From: Basidiobolus meristosporus CBS 931.73
Taxonomy: Eukaryota > Fungi > Basidiobolomycota
DNA length: 64,000 nucleotides
Direction: 5' to 3'
Assembly: GCA_002104905.1 (NCBI GenBank)
Contig: MCFE01000172.1
Location: forward strand, 1-64,000
The notes beneath the pieces are model-generated. The model did no database searches and was not told the DNA's origin. It worked only from the letters and a program-made list of their open reading frames with translations. Position numbers and translations under genes: made by a program. Below, in pieces: positions 48,458 to 61,468 of this stretch (within the stretch, counting starts at the first letter, position 1; every line of letters starts with the position of its first letter).

Positions 48458-49756
48458 CCTCAAGGAATGCGAAGAACTATTTCACACCAATGATTACCAA
48501 TGTTTCTAGGTTCAAAATAAGTAAAAATCTATATATATCCACAGGGTACTAAAAACTCTTGACGAGAACAAGGAAAGAATGTCGCAAGCTTTTAATATTA
48601 TATTTACGAATTCACAATCAAGTTGAAGTGTTGGCCAGGTAAACTTGCGAAGTGAGATATGAATGAAAGAGATCAAAGACAGCACTCGACGTTGTAAGAG
48701 GGTTTTAAGTAACTGGGATGTAGGTGAAGGATGTCGCTTGATCAACCTCCTACATACACCTTGCCTACATCTCCCCACCTGGAATGATTTTCCTGCTCTA
48801 TGACAATGTGCTTGCAGAACATATGACTGTTAAAACGCAGCGTCGCAAAAGTGGTGTATCATGGGATATTCGTAGTGTTCCGTAGTATTGGCACGTTCTA
48901 TAAGTCGGCATGTACTTGTTGTATCAGATGTGTAGCTCGTACAGCGTGGAATTTGTTGATGGAGGCTTTGAAAGACTGATTAGATTTGTTGCATACATTG
49001 CAAGGCACACGACATCTAGGGAGATCAAAGCCTATTCATCCAAAAGAGTCGAATCTCATTGGAGCAAATTCTACAACTTGATTACCATCAATGATATATT
49101 TATTTAACTCGCATTATCTTGCCGCCTTGACCAGACATCTGAGAACAAGATCTGCTCTGATGGTCTTGCATAAAATCAGGCTGAGAAAAAGGAGAAGATG
49201 GCTCTCATGGCGACCAAGGGTACTATTTAAATATATGCATGTCCAAACTGGGCAATAAATGAATAACGAGCACTATACATGCACGTTCTCTTTGTGAATA
49301 CGGCTCCTTTAATTCCATCATATTGGAGCATTTTTGCTTAGTTCAGCACGCAACACTATCCTGTACAGGCTCTACCACACTCAGGATTTTCTGTAAGCCA
49401 AATATCTGTTAACAGCACGTAATCCTGCTCACGTATTCACATCAAGCGATATTTCTGGCCTTTACAGTTGCTATGACCATTCAAATACTTGATGCTCCAG
49501 GGCCAGCATGTATGCAAAGCTATTGACATGGCCTTCAATGCTGCCAAATCTTATACACGTATAATGGATGGGTCTATTTACTGATTTGATCAACTGATTA
49601 CTTCCGGAATTAGAAATTCTGAAATATCCTATTTTAGAACATTGTATATAGGAAATATGGCGATTTTTTTAACGAAAAAAATAAACAATGCTTTGAGGAA
49701 GCCTTACTTTAGTTGACACGAGATATTCGAAGCTAGAATCCAACTGGATTGACAAG

Positions 49757-52640
49757 ATGGACTTCAACGCTAATACAGAGCTCTCACAATTGCATAAGGA
49801 ATTAGAAGAAGATGCTGTTAAATATTCCCCTGCCCAGTTTCACCTTACTCCTGGCTTGATCCCAGAGGGAACAGTGGAAGAATGGAATTCGCGCAGCAGA
49901 ACTCTGAAAGCCACCATGAATCAAGCCGGTAACGAATTGACCGTATATGTTGGAGGGAAAAAGGCCAAGGAGCTTCTCAAGGTTATATTGACTATCTTTT
50001 GGAATTGTTATATATTTGTTATTTTACTCATACATTCAACTATGTTTTAAAGTCCGATTCACAACTCAAATCTTTTGAACAAGATCAGCAAATCCACACC
50101 GTAGCATGGAATAAATTTTCTCAAAAGAGGCGTCCTGTAAGTATTTTCTATCTGCCTCCTAGTGATGTTGGTTGATCTTTACTCGGACTCTCTAGTTCAT
50201 CAACACCACCTACGGTATTTTCCGTCTGTACCAAACATTAAACTTGGAGAGCGGAGCGCGTGACGAATACCAAGCGTATGTTGTTTCATTAACTTTCCTA
50301 GATTTATCTAAGGTTAACAATCTCACGTTGCTTATAGTAAAGTAGATGCACATACAATCAGCCAATATTATTCGGAGGCACTTAAAAATCACTTAGTCCT
50401 TCTTCAAGTAATTCCCCTAATGGCTATTCTATTCTTTGGCGGATACTAAAAATTACGTGAAATTAGAGCGATGGTCCAGACAAAAACGCTAGTGAAGTCA
50501 TTCTCTTCGAAGGGATTTATACTATTTGGAATCTCTGCGAAGTTCTTTATCTCTCTAAAAATCCTGAGGCTCCGATAGCAGATAACTATATACGGTGGTT
50601 GAATTTTAACTTCCCTGGTTTGCTTCTTTCTTAAACATCAGCAAAAGTACATTTCATTAATATTGAGTCCTATAACAGCGCCTTCGGTGCAGGAAGGGGA
50701 AGAAATCGCACAGGCACCAAAGCCATCTCAACACCCTCAGTACTGGAGCTATTTGAACAAGTAAGATACTGGCATGCAATGTTTGCAGGTTTCTGGTATT
50801 TGAAACTAATTCAAACAAGATGCGTTGTACGTGGACTCGTACAGGCTGCAAAGAAACTATTAGAGTATCAACTAAATGACCGAAACTCTGGTCTAAACAC
50901 TGAATCAATGAATTCTGCCATGGTAGTTAGCTATTTAATATGGTGTCCATTTGAGTAAGCCGACTAATGTTTCCTGTAGAATTTATTAGACAAAATGCCC
51001 CGGGCTTCGAATCATAGATCCTATGGGGAGTTTGCAAAGAAATGGCGTATCTGGCGGGAGGAATGCCGGTAACAATCATATTTGTGACATACCAGTTTTC
51101 AGCCATAACTAATTATTTTTTTAGTCATTTGGCTATGCACGAACGCAACAAGAATTTTAGCACACTCTTTTCCATTTTATCTGGCGATGAGGAGACTATC
51201 TTGCAGGTTACAGAGTCTTGGGAGGAAGCATTAGGTGCGATGCTGCTTTATTGCTATCCCGCTGTAGAGGCCGATGGTCTACAGTAAGTGAATTGGTTTG
51301 ATTTATATTATACTTCCCCCTCCCTTACGCTGTTATAGGAATTACGTGGAAGCTTGCGTTGATCGCCATCCAGTGAACGAAAACAAAATTCTAGATAATG
51401 TTCTCTTGGCTATGGTACGACAAGATAAGAGTAAAATGATTAGATTGTGTAGTAGGATCGACTGGTGGCTAGTCGCCCATCTGACTGATATCCTCTACAA
51501 ATCTGGAAACTTGAACGACCTTCGTTTTGAGTATTGGCCTTTGCTGTATACTTAGCTTTCGAGTATGAACTCATTCATTGTTTGCATAATAGCGTAAGCC
51601 ACGTATGGGAGTTTTTCTTGGCCAGCTATGCCGAGATCCTTATTCCTCATCGCACTTTGTGGCATATTGGGATAGATTATTTGGCAGTATGCCCAAACAT
51701 TGGCAAGGCGTCAATAGAAGAGGTAAGTATCTACAAAGTTCACACCTATACGATCTATGTAGGCTAAGCATTCATTTGTGTAGTACATCATGCATATCCC
51801 TATTGAAAATGAAATGAAGGCACGCAAGGTTTTAGATATTTGCGCTCAGTACTGCTCTGAGCATGTCTTCAATACTATCAATAGAGTAAGCGTTAAACCC
51901 TCCTACGTCTTCACTACATAATGTTAAGATGTTATCTCTGTTTAGATATTAGCTAGCCGTAAACTCAAACAAGGCCAGTATGCAGCAGCCATTGCGTATT
52001 ATATTAATGCCGGCGAACCTAAACGTGTCATCACCATATCTGATATTCTGATTGACGAGTATCTCAAAAATGGTAAACTCAGCTCACATTTCTCGAATAA
52101 GATGCGTCTCTAACACTTCGCTAGGTGACATGTCTTGCATGGATTTAATCGATGGTATCGGTTATGATGCCGTCTTTAGTGATCGTTTGGTATTTTTGGC
52201 AGATTACCGCTCTTTCCACGAGCTGTATAAGGTGCGAATATGCTTAGTAATGAAGTATGCTTCAATCCATAAAACTGATTCTCCACTCTTCATAGGGAGG
52301 AAAATACTTGGAAGCCGCGAAGTTGCTACGGAAACTACTAGAAAGTGAATACGCACCCAAGAAATTCTGGCCTGTCCTATTAGTCGATGCAATCCCTTTG
52401 TTAGAGGGTGAAGAGATCGTATTTGATGTCGATGATACATACGAATTGATGAGATGTCTAGAAGAAATCACCCTCTCGCACCAAAAGGAATACTATCTAC
52501 AATTTTTACCCAGCTCCGCCACATCAGAGAAAGACATCACTGTGGACGAGAGGGAGCGCCAACTTGCTATCGTCAGATTAGCCCTCTCAAGAAACTTGGC
52601 CAGAGCTATGATCGTCTTTAACAATGGATTTAGCATGTAA
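49757..52640 (+). CDS. NUP85: Nucleoporin Nup85, multi-exon
   Basis: SWEEALGAMLLYCYP, DWWLVAHLTDIL, LWHIGIDYL, KFWPVLLVDAIPLLE..TYELMRCLEEI, RLALSRNLARA. Confidence 0.88.
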
Positions 52641-53062
52641 ATATCTGCTGAAATATTGGCATATATTAGCGAATTTACTTTGAATCCATCTTTCATGAAT
52701 AACTTAGTATGAACAACTATCTTTTTGTTAATCGAAGTCTTTTCAATAAACGGTCCGAGGATTTTGAGCTTCGATCAACATTAGTGATATAACAGATAGA
52801 AAATGAGATTCTATAGATTGTTGAACGTATCAACTTAAAAATGCTTGGAAATATCGTGGATCAGATATAGACCCCATTTCTAGATCTAGATAGATTTGCT
52901 TACGGTATTTCGTAAAGTGCTAGGTGATGTAGTCATTATTTTTAGAATATTTTAGACCCCATGTACTCGGGCTAAACAGCCAACTTCCATTAAATCTGAA
53001 CTACGACAAATAGTCCAGATATTTCTCTTTCTTCCAGACCCGCATCTTGCAAACAGCTGATA

Positions 53063-55158
53063 ATGTCTGGTGTTCAGGAAGCCAAGAGCTTCTTAAGCTC
53101 AATTTATCAACGGGCCGAGGAAAGCTACAAGAAACCCTATGTCACACTAACTTATGCCCAGAGTCTTGACGGCAAAATCGCTGGCTCAGGCGGCAAGCAG
53201 ATAACTCTAAGCTGCAACGAGTCGATGGCTGTGACCCACCGGTAAGCTAATCTCCACCATCCTCTCGTCAACTCTTATTTATTATCTTTCAACTTAGTCT
53301 ACGCACTATAAATGACGGGATTTTAATTGGCGTTGGAACTCTGCTCAACGATGATCCCCGCCTAACCGGTACTTATTTCTGTCAAATATCACCAGTCACC
53401 TCATCTAAAGCATTAGACTTTAGCTCGTATTGTGGAGCCTAACGAAATACCTACGCAACCCCGACCCATCATTCTCGATTCTAATCTCCGTTTCCCTCTA
53501 AAATCAAACCTTATCTTGAGTGCTTCTCAAGGTGGAGGAAAGTTCCCATGGGTGTTTTGTGCTCCTGATCATCCACCTCAACGTCGTCAGGTACCATATA
53601 GCGCTTATCATATCTCGCTTAGCATACCACTAATGTTAATACTCCCAGGCTCTTGAGGCTGCTGGCGTACAAATATTTGTTGTCCCTAGACACGGAGATA
53701 AACTATCCATTCCTGAAGTCCTTCGAAAAATCGAGGAGCTTGGTATCAGAAAGCTGATGGTTGAAGGCGGTTCCAACGTAATTCGTGAATTTTTGGCCTC
53801 TGGATTTGTGGATCTTTGTGTTGTAACCATTGCACCGGTCTACATTGGCGGGACTGGCGTGGCATCGGTGGCAGATGGAGATGTAAGCTTCTTCAATCCC
53901 TTCTCCTATATAGGTCAAGACTAACTCGCTGTGTTTAATGTAGAATCGCCCGTTGTCCAAGTTGAGCAATGTAAAGTACCATCAGTTTGGTACAGATATG
54001 GTTGTTGCTGGATATGCCTCCCCCACCGACCAAGGCTTTAGCCAAGGCGCTCAAAATTATAACCCACAAAACGCTTACGCTCCCAATGCATATCCACCTA
54101 ATCAACAATCGCAGAACCAAGGATATCCTCCTTCTGCAGCCTATCCACCCAATCAAGGTCCTGGCCAATCTGCTGCCAGTAACTACCCCCCTCCATCGCC
54201 CAATAATGCTTATCCTCCCAAACCGGCTGGCAACTACCCACCTCCAGGCCCTCCTACTGGTGGCTATCCACCACAAAGTCCCCCTGGTGGCGGTTATCCT
54301 CCTCAAGGCTCTCCAGTTGGTGGTTATCCTCCTCAAAATCCCCCAGGTGGCGGTTATCCTCACCAAAGCCCTGTAACTGGCGGTTACCCTCCACAAAGCC
54401 CCCCAGTCGGTGGTTATCCTCCTCAAAGTCCTGCAATGACTGGCTATCCTCCTCAAAGTCCTGCAACTTCCGGCTATCCTTCTCAAAACTCTGCAACTGG
54501 TGGTTATCCTCCACAGAACCCTTCAACAAGCGGTTACCCACCACTAAGCCCTACTGGTGCCTACCCTCCTCCAAGACCTCAAAATAGCGGTTATCCACCC
54601 AAACCTGATAATGGCCAGCCCCTTTCACCACGTATCAACGCTGGTATAAGCCCCCAACAAGGGTATCCTCCTGCTACCGGGCTGTATCCCCCTCCCAAAA
54701 CCACCCCTCCTATACAATCCCCCGACCGCGTAACATCACCTACTGGATACTCCCCTCAGCATGGTTCGATATACCCACCACCAGGAAATTCAGGCTACCC
54801 ACCCCAAGGAAGCTCTGGCTATCCCCCAAAGCCTTCCCAGACCGGCTATCCACCTTTCAACACTACATCTCCAGTTCACTCCCCACCACGCGTCTCGTCT
54901 CCCCCGAATGTATATCCACCACCACAGGGAGCCGGATATCCACCCCCAGGCTCTGGTTATCCACCTAAAAACAACCAAGGAGGATATCCTCCTGCTCAAT
55001 CGGCTCCATATCCCCCACAGAACAGCAATCAACCTCCATCACGTACTGGAACCGGCTACCCACCCGTTGCAGGCGGCTATCCTCCAGCATATCCTCCTAG
55101 CAACTCACCCTACCCGCCCCAGAACCCCACTGCACCTTATCCTCCGCCTTCTAAATAA
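53063..55158 (+). CDS. RIB7: RibD-C/Rib7-like pyrimidine reductase fused to ~380-aa Pro/Gly/Tyr/Gln-rich tail
   Basis: PYVTLTYAQSLDGKIA, DGILIGVGTLLNDDPRLT, PRPIILDS, LMVEGGS, VTIAPVYIG, QFGTDMVV. The last exon continues in frame to 55158. Confidence 0.8.
54259..54555 (+). repeat. ~10 tandem 30-bp coding repeats (GGYPPQSPxx)
   Basis: GGYPPQSPPG GGYPPQGSPV GGYPPQNPPG GGYPHQSPVT GGYPPQSPPV GGYPPQSPAM TGYPPQSPAT SGYPSQNSAT GGYPPQNPST SGYPPLSP. Confidence 0.9.
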
Positions 55159-56029
55159 TCCGGCACACTTGACCTCCTAAACTAGTTCACGATCTGCCAA
55201 ATTCAATGGAAAACGATGAAATATATATATATTTTCCAAGGTTGCAATAAATGAGATTTCTTTGGTGGGAATATCAGCATACATGGCATGATTCCACAAC
55301 ATAATGGATTACACTTGACTTGAAACTGTGCAAGTATGAGCCAGGGTATCTGAGCTTCATGGGGATTGGGGAGATTTCCCGCCATATTTTCATGGGTTGA
55401 TATTGTTGCAAGCTGCACTGCCACTGATGAGACCGTATGAAACAAAGATGAGTTGGTTTGTCGATGACCTGCATTTAGACACAATGGATTATTCCCAGCC
55501 AGGATTCCCTTGAGGATAAACCTTCTTGAATGGACTGCTATAAGAAGAGGACGATGGGACAACTAGTGTAACATATACTTGGCGTATTCCTTGAGACACA
55601 TACCTGAGCGCCTGCTTGGGAGTCAAATCTGACTGCACTAATTGGGAGTATTGGCTTGACAGGAAAATACCAAGAGGACACACGCCTTTTTGCGAGATGA
55701 TTGAGCTGGGAAGCCAAGCAACTGACTCTAATGGAACCTTATTGTGGCCTTATTTGGAATGCTATTTCTGTCGTAAATGCTATTTGTGAGTCAAGTTAGA
55801 ACCGAGTCTCTGGCTTAGCATCAAACCAACTTGATCATTGTCCATATAGCCTGTGTTCCAGCAACCATAAAATCGTAGTGGTAAATACCAATGGCTGGAT
55901 GAATGATCTCATCATATGAAATCCATTTGATACCAGCATCCACTCGTAGCGATATCCTGTTCTTCCTATATCAGAGAGCCGAGGGCATTTATTTAGATAC
56001 GTCTTACTTCGTTACTTGACCTTCAAATA

Positions 56030-57650
56030 ATGGATAAAGTTCACGCCAACCTCCCAGATTATGTTCGGATCATTAACCAACTGAGCATTCTGGCCAACGC
56101 CAAGAATATCTATCATGCGGAGACTGTGCACATAGAAAACTTAAAAACCGCTATCGAACAGAGAAAACAGAACATTGCCAGACTTCAGAAAATCTCGTAA
56201 CTATCCTTTTACTTCCTATTGCTATTCAGAGATTTTTCATAGTACTGAGCCCACTTGCCTCTCCGCTTCTTTAGGAAGAAGGAGCTGAAGGATGTTCAAA
56301 AGCTTGAGAGATTCTCTCTGTCCAAGTTAAAGGCCAAGTTGAAGGTATGTTCACAGCCAATCAATTTTGACTCTGTGCTGGTGATTGATTCCATATTTAG
56401 GGCGATCTTGAGCAACGAAAGGCCAAAGAGCAGAGAGAATTCTTAGCAGCACTTGAAAATGAAAATTCTGAAAAAGCTGCTCTGGAAGGTTTAGAAATTC
56501 AATTGAATGAGAGCACAGCGAAGGTATTTTTCGTGGTCGAAAAGATCTTCCCAACAGCCGAGTGCTGACCATTATAAACCTTTTTGTAGTGGCATCAAGC
56601 TGCAAGTGATAGCAAGAGGCACGAGACTCTAGAGAAAGAGTTGGCCAACCTATATTCCAAGGTGATAGCCTGTGTATTCGCTTAATACCTTCGTTGAAAT
56701 TTAACCTTTAATTCTGTCTAGACCTTCGATGGGCCGACCCCTGGTATGAGCAGCGTCTTGTTAACATGGTTCCATCTCAGCTTTATTGACAATCTGTGAA
56801 TGGACATTCAGACTTCCCCAAAGAGGATGTGTACGAAAGCCAGCTGAATCAAGCGTTGCAAACATACAATCAAGTAGGTAGATTCGGCATGAAGACTTAT
56901 GGAGGGCATCTTATCAAGTACAATCACTCGTATGTATAGGTTTCATCTGAGCTCAATGTTATGAGCCAAGTCAAAGTGCACATCTATAGAGCTGAAGAGA
57001 ACCTGCGGGGCGCCCTTGTAAGAATGCAAAGTGCTTTGAGTAGTGCAACATTCGACATGTTTACCCACAGTTCATTCATAGATGCAGTCAAATACTCAGA
57101 TCTTGGGGGTAACATTTTGGGCTTTTGATAGACCCCCATAATAACATCTAACATCTCGTTCTCTAGCTGCCAGAAACCTGGCTGCTTCAGCACAAGCTCA
57201 TATTGATCAGGCACGGAGACTGTTACCCACTATCCCGCACATCGGAAGTCTTGATGTCACCCAAGGGTCCATGCTAGTAGACGTGTTCTTTGACAATTTA
57301 CTCACCGACATGCTTGTTCGAAGTTAGTATATCCCACGGATTGACTGATGGTCAACCAACTAATCTCACCCTCATGTACAGACCAAATCCAAGAAAGTTA
57401 CAGTTCGCTGTGTGTCTCACATTCAAACCTGCAATCCATCCAACAATGGATTATACAAATGACGGGCAATTTGGAGCGCGCGCACCAAGAAGTCTCTAGT
57501 GAGCTGAAATTGAAGAGGCGAAATCTGAATGAAGAAAGGCATAATATATTCGAGAGCATCATGCGCCAACAACTTAACACCACAATCCCCCACGAGGCAG
57601 CAAGCTTTGGGCACGAGAATCCACCCCCAGCCTACGATGGTCACTTGTAA
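56030..57650 (+). CDS. Uncharacterised coiled-coil protein, multi-exon, C-terminal PPAY
   Basis: Hand-spliced exons MDKVHANLPDY..EKELKDVQKL..FDGPTP..SATFDMF..DVFFDNLLTDM..ENPPPAYDGHL*; canonical GT-AG introns. Confidence 0.75.
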
Positions 57651-60600
57651 TCAATCACTAAAACCTCCTGCCCATCTTCTCTACTAAACCCTTATAGTTC
57701 TATCTGGCTCTTTTTAACATACCCTGTATTATGTTGCTCGACCAAGTTAGTAAGTTGTTGTTCGCGTCTGTTTGAGAGTGAATTTTTGGAGCCCCTCTCG
57801 GCATAATGTCCATTTGATCACTAATTACAAAGCTGATGGAGAAAAATTCATTTTGTATGAGGCTAAATTTGATTAATGTTTTTTTGATGTTTACTCTCCA
57901 TTTGTACCGCTTCCTATAAAGACCAATTGGAATTCAGCACCAGATCAAATCTTAACTAACAGAATAACATTAGAATACATTTCAAATGTGACGGATCTGA
58001 AGCCAAGAGCATACTATTCAGATTTTGGCCTTGGTGTGAATCCATAATCAACTTCACTGTGCAACATTAACTTTTCAAATTCTAGATCACTTCTCTAACA
58101 TACTCCTTATCCTCTTCTATATTCATTGAAATACCTTGATGTAAAAGTCTAATTGGTTTGCTTAGTCACAAAACATATGGCTTTGATTATTTTAATATTT
58201 CCAGCTCACTTTATCTACCTGGCTGATATTTGCATAGTCTAACTTTTATATGAATTATCCAACTCATATCATTGTCAGATAGGATCTTAAGAATACTCAC
58301 ACAGCATATTAAAAGTCCTTTATGTACCCAAAAAGGCCAACTTGAGTGGCAAATATGAATGCTCCTCCCTTGAGTAGTATCATAATGCCATACCATAACA
58401 GACCTCATGATCATCGTTTTATAACCAGCAAGAAACAAAATAGTATGAATACTGCGAATCAACTGCTGTACCCCATGTCAGAAGCATGCCTATACTTGGG
58501 TACATTTCTGCATACTAAATTCTTTACCACTAGAGCTGGCTGTTTGACTTATCAAGCTCCGATAAACTACTGATGCCTTTAGAAGAGCTCTTGAGGCTTT
58601 TAATGTGAATATGTTATCAGAAATAATGCATATATCTGCTTCTTCCTCCATATAACTCTGTCAGTAGCAACAATATCAATCGATGTTAACACTGACAATC
58701 CATAAACTAATTATGCTCAAATTTTGGTGGGGTCTTAGTAGCGTGTGAATTTGGTCATACTGTGCTAATATGCTTCTTGATAGCATGTTACTAGACTAGG
58801 CAAAGGTACCAATTATACTAGTGTGATAAGCACCCAGCTCTCCAAAGATGGAATACTTGACCCCATTATACAAAACTCCGTCATTTATGATACAAACCTG
58901 AGTACTCATCCTTTTTGTGTCAGCTAAAATTCAGACACTCAAACCACTACTAAACTACTTTCCACTCTAAACGTTGTACCCCACTTCCACATGTAGTATG
59001 TCTTATGGAGGTTGACCTTTGGCAGTTAATTTGGCGTGTGTTTATTCATGCTGTCTGTTGGAGATACCGTTGAGGACAATGGAATCCTTAAGAAAACAAT
59101 TATGAAAAGGCCAGCGGCATACCATCATAATATCAGCTGAATTCCAACTTTTCCAAGATTAACAACTCTCAATATCTTATGTACTAGCTGCACAGCAGAG
59201 AAGTAGACATTCTTTCCAGGAGGAGACTAGGCCAACTAGCATTCATGCCAAAATTGGTAATCATCTGCTCACTACTTCCCACAAAAATTGCAACTGATAA
59301 TTTGAAGCAGAAGCACCAGCTGAATACCAGCTAAAAATCTAATGAATTCCAACTTTGAGATTTTTCATAGGGGAATATTAATATGTATGCTAGTCTATAT
59401 ATAAAGTGAATTATCGCGCATGCAATTATGTTTACATTTTATATTATTTCTACTTGTATCATACCCAAAATACACTCTACACATACCTTATTTTTACCGG
59501 AACCTTGGCAATGATATGAAAGCAGTTGGCAAGTTGCTAGAAACCCTGATCGTTGGCACGGAGACATCTGACCGCGGCTAAGGTACATGGCCACGACTAA
59601 TATCAGCGAAATAATCATCAGATTGATGTGTGCACATTGGCGAATTTCTTAATGTCCAATATCTTGGCGCCAGAAAGTTGGCACTATCGATGATTAACTA
59701 ACATGTGAAATATCCCGCTCCCTGATCAACGGATTTGGATCAAATGTAGATTCAGCGATCTTGGCTTCAACATATGGACCTAACCTAGGGGTGCATCAAA
59801 CCACGCTTATACCGAGTTTTTTCTAGTTTGACTCGAGCTTGGGGCTGAACCCCTACGCCCATCGGAAAAGTGGCACCTTTTGTAGCTCTAGTGGCAACAC
59901 CGCTTGGCCTTGCACGCGACATCAGCCTGCATCCAATCTACAAAGTAGTCTTCAAATCAGGGCCAGATAATTATTCGCGTTGATGTTATCAGCTCTTGGT
60001 GCCCTGAAGTGGGCGAACCAATCTCCACTACTTACCCAGAGTATCTTCACTAGATCATGCTACGGCAATGAACGAATCCACCCAAACACTCTACTTTACA
60101 AAATGCCCTGTTGTAACACTCCGGCACGCGCTAGTCGGGCCAACTGGTTAATCATCGAGATCTCCACGCCAACATCTGAGTGGTATCTCGAGCACCAATT
60201 CACCACTTAGTGGGTTTGGGGAATTATCTGGGCGATTGCGACCTGGGGAACGGAAATGCCATCAAAACCCGTTTTGGCGATATGCTACACTTGCGAAATT
60301 AATCCGCTGGACTCCATGCGGTTCCTTAGCAAGCTTTCACTTCTGAAACGATTGGTGAGGTATGTCCAACACGAAGAAAAACTGATTCGGGCTGGATCCA
60401 TCCTTGCTATTTAGATGATGCCGATGAGATTCAATCAATTGCACCCATTCATTTCATTAATGCTAGCAGAGTCACATATTACTAGCGAAGTCCCAGACCT
60501 CAGACAAATTTGTGCCACCAAGATCTATCTTGGACGGTCTAACACCATTTAGCCACATATGTTCTTGGCATGCATCAATGGGCCCCTGATAATAGAGGGC

Positions 60601-61468
60601 TCTGAAGACGGGTGATCTCGCTCCAGCCTCGCATGTTTCAACTTGGGTAACTCATCAAGAGCAAACAATGCTGAATATACTGATCCGTGTACTACGGAGC
60701 GCTCGGCCCCACCACGCCAATGAGCCTGTCTTTCGGCCTCTGCTCGACCTCTCGGCAAAGGCCGATGTGAGATCACTTCACGCAGCTCCAATCGCGAACC
60801 CTAACCCGCCCATTCCTGGAGCATGGAGATTTTGAGTTGTCGATGCAATTTAATCTACTTTATTATGGAAGGTGCCCAATATATCCGTCAGCAGAAATGG
60901 CTATGCTTACCTGATTCATCACGACCCTAATACTCCCCAATTTTAGGAACATCCTTCGCTTGGAACATGCCATTGTTCGGGCGGATGGGCCACTCCCATT
61001 GGCTTCGCTTGGCGAGCCCAAGGTTGGAAGGCGCCGGATTGGTTTTTCTTGGGTCATGATAAATGAGTGTGCACCTAACCAAACTTTGGAAATGAAATGT
61101 TACCTAATGCAAATGGGCCAATCCCTGAGAATCCCGCGAGAAAATGCCACGAAGCTCGTGAATTGCTGAAAATCTTTATTTTTGAACATTAAGAAATGGT
61201 CCGACTATTTCTGTACAAAAAATAATGTTGCGAAAACTAGATGGCTATTCATATGAGTGGGATTGACCAGGAGGTTGCCAGGGTGCGGCTATCGGAGATG
61301 ACGGATGGGTGTCTGCAACCACGCGTGCCTGGGTGCAAGCGCGGTGCCACCATGTTGGGGTATTTGGAGGGGAGAGGGGGATGTAGATGATGCGATCCGG
61401 AGTAGTTAATTATGTAACAAGGCGATGAAAAAATAGAGGCGTAAGAAATTACTGTATGTTCATTAGGA

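Noticed and set aside
53935-54544. Antisense ORFs over the GYPP repeats (and similar antisense ORFs over SulP, importin-9, CHS, RPL34)
   Set aside because: These are shadows of codon periodicity in real genes on the opposite strand.
58200-59400. CpG-poor stretch whose minus strand reads SLWIVSVNID*YCC, resembling a GPCR TM3 DRY motif
   Set aside because: A single short motif in a stop-riddled frame; chance similarity cannot be excluded without an HMM search.
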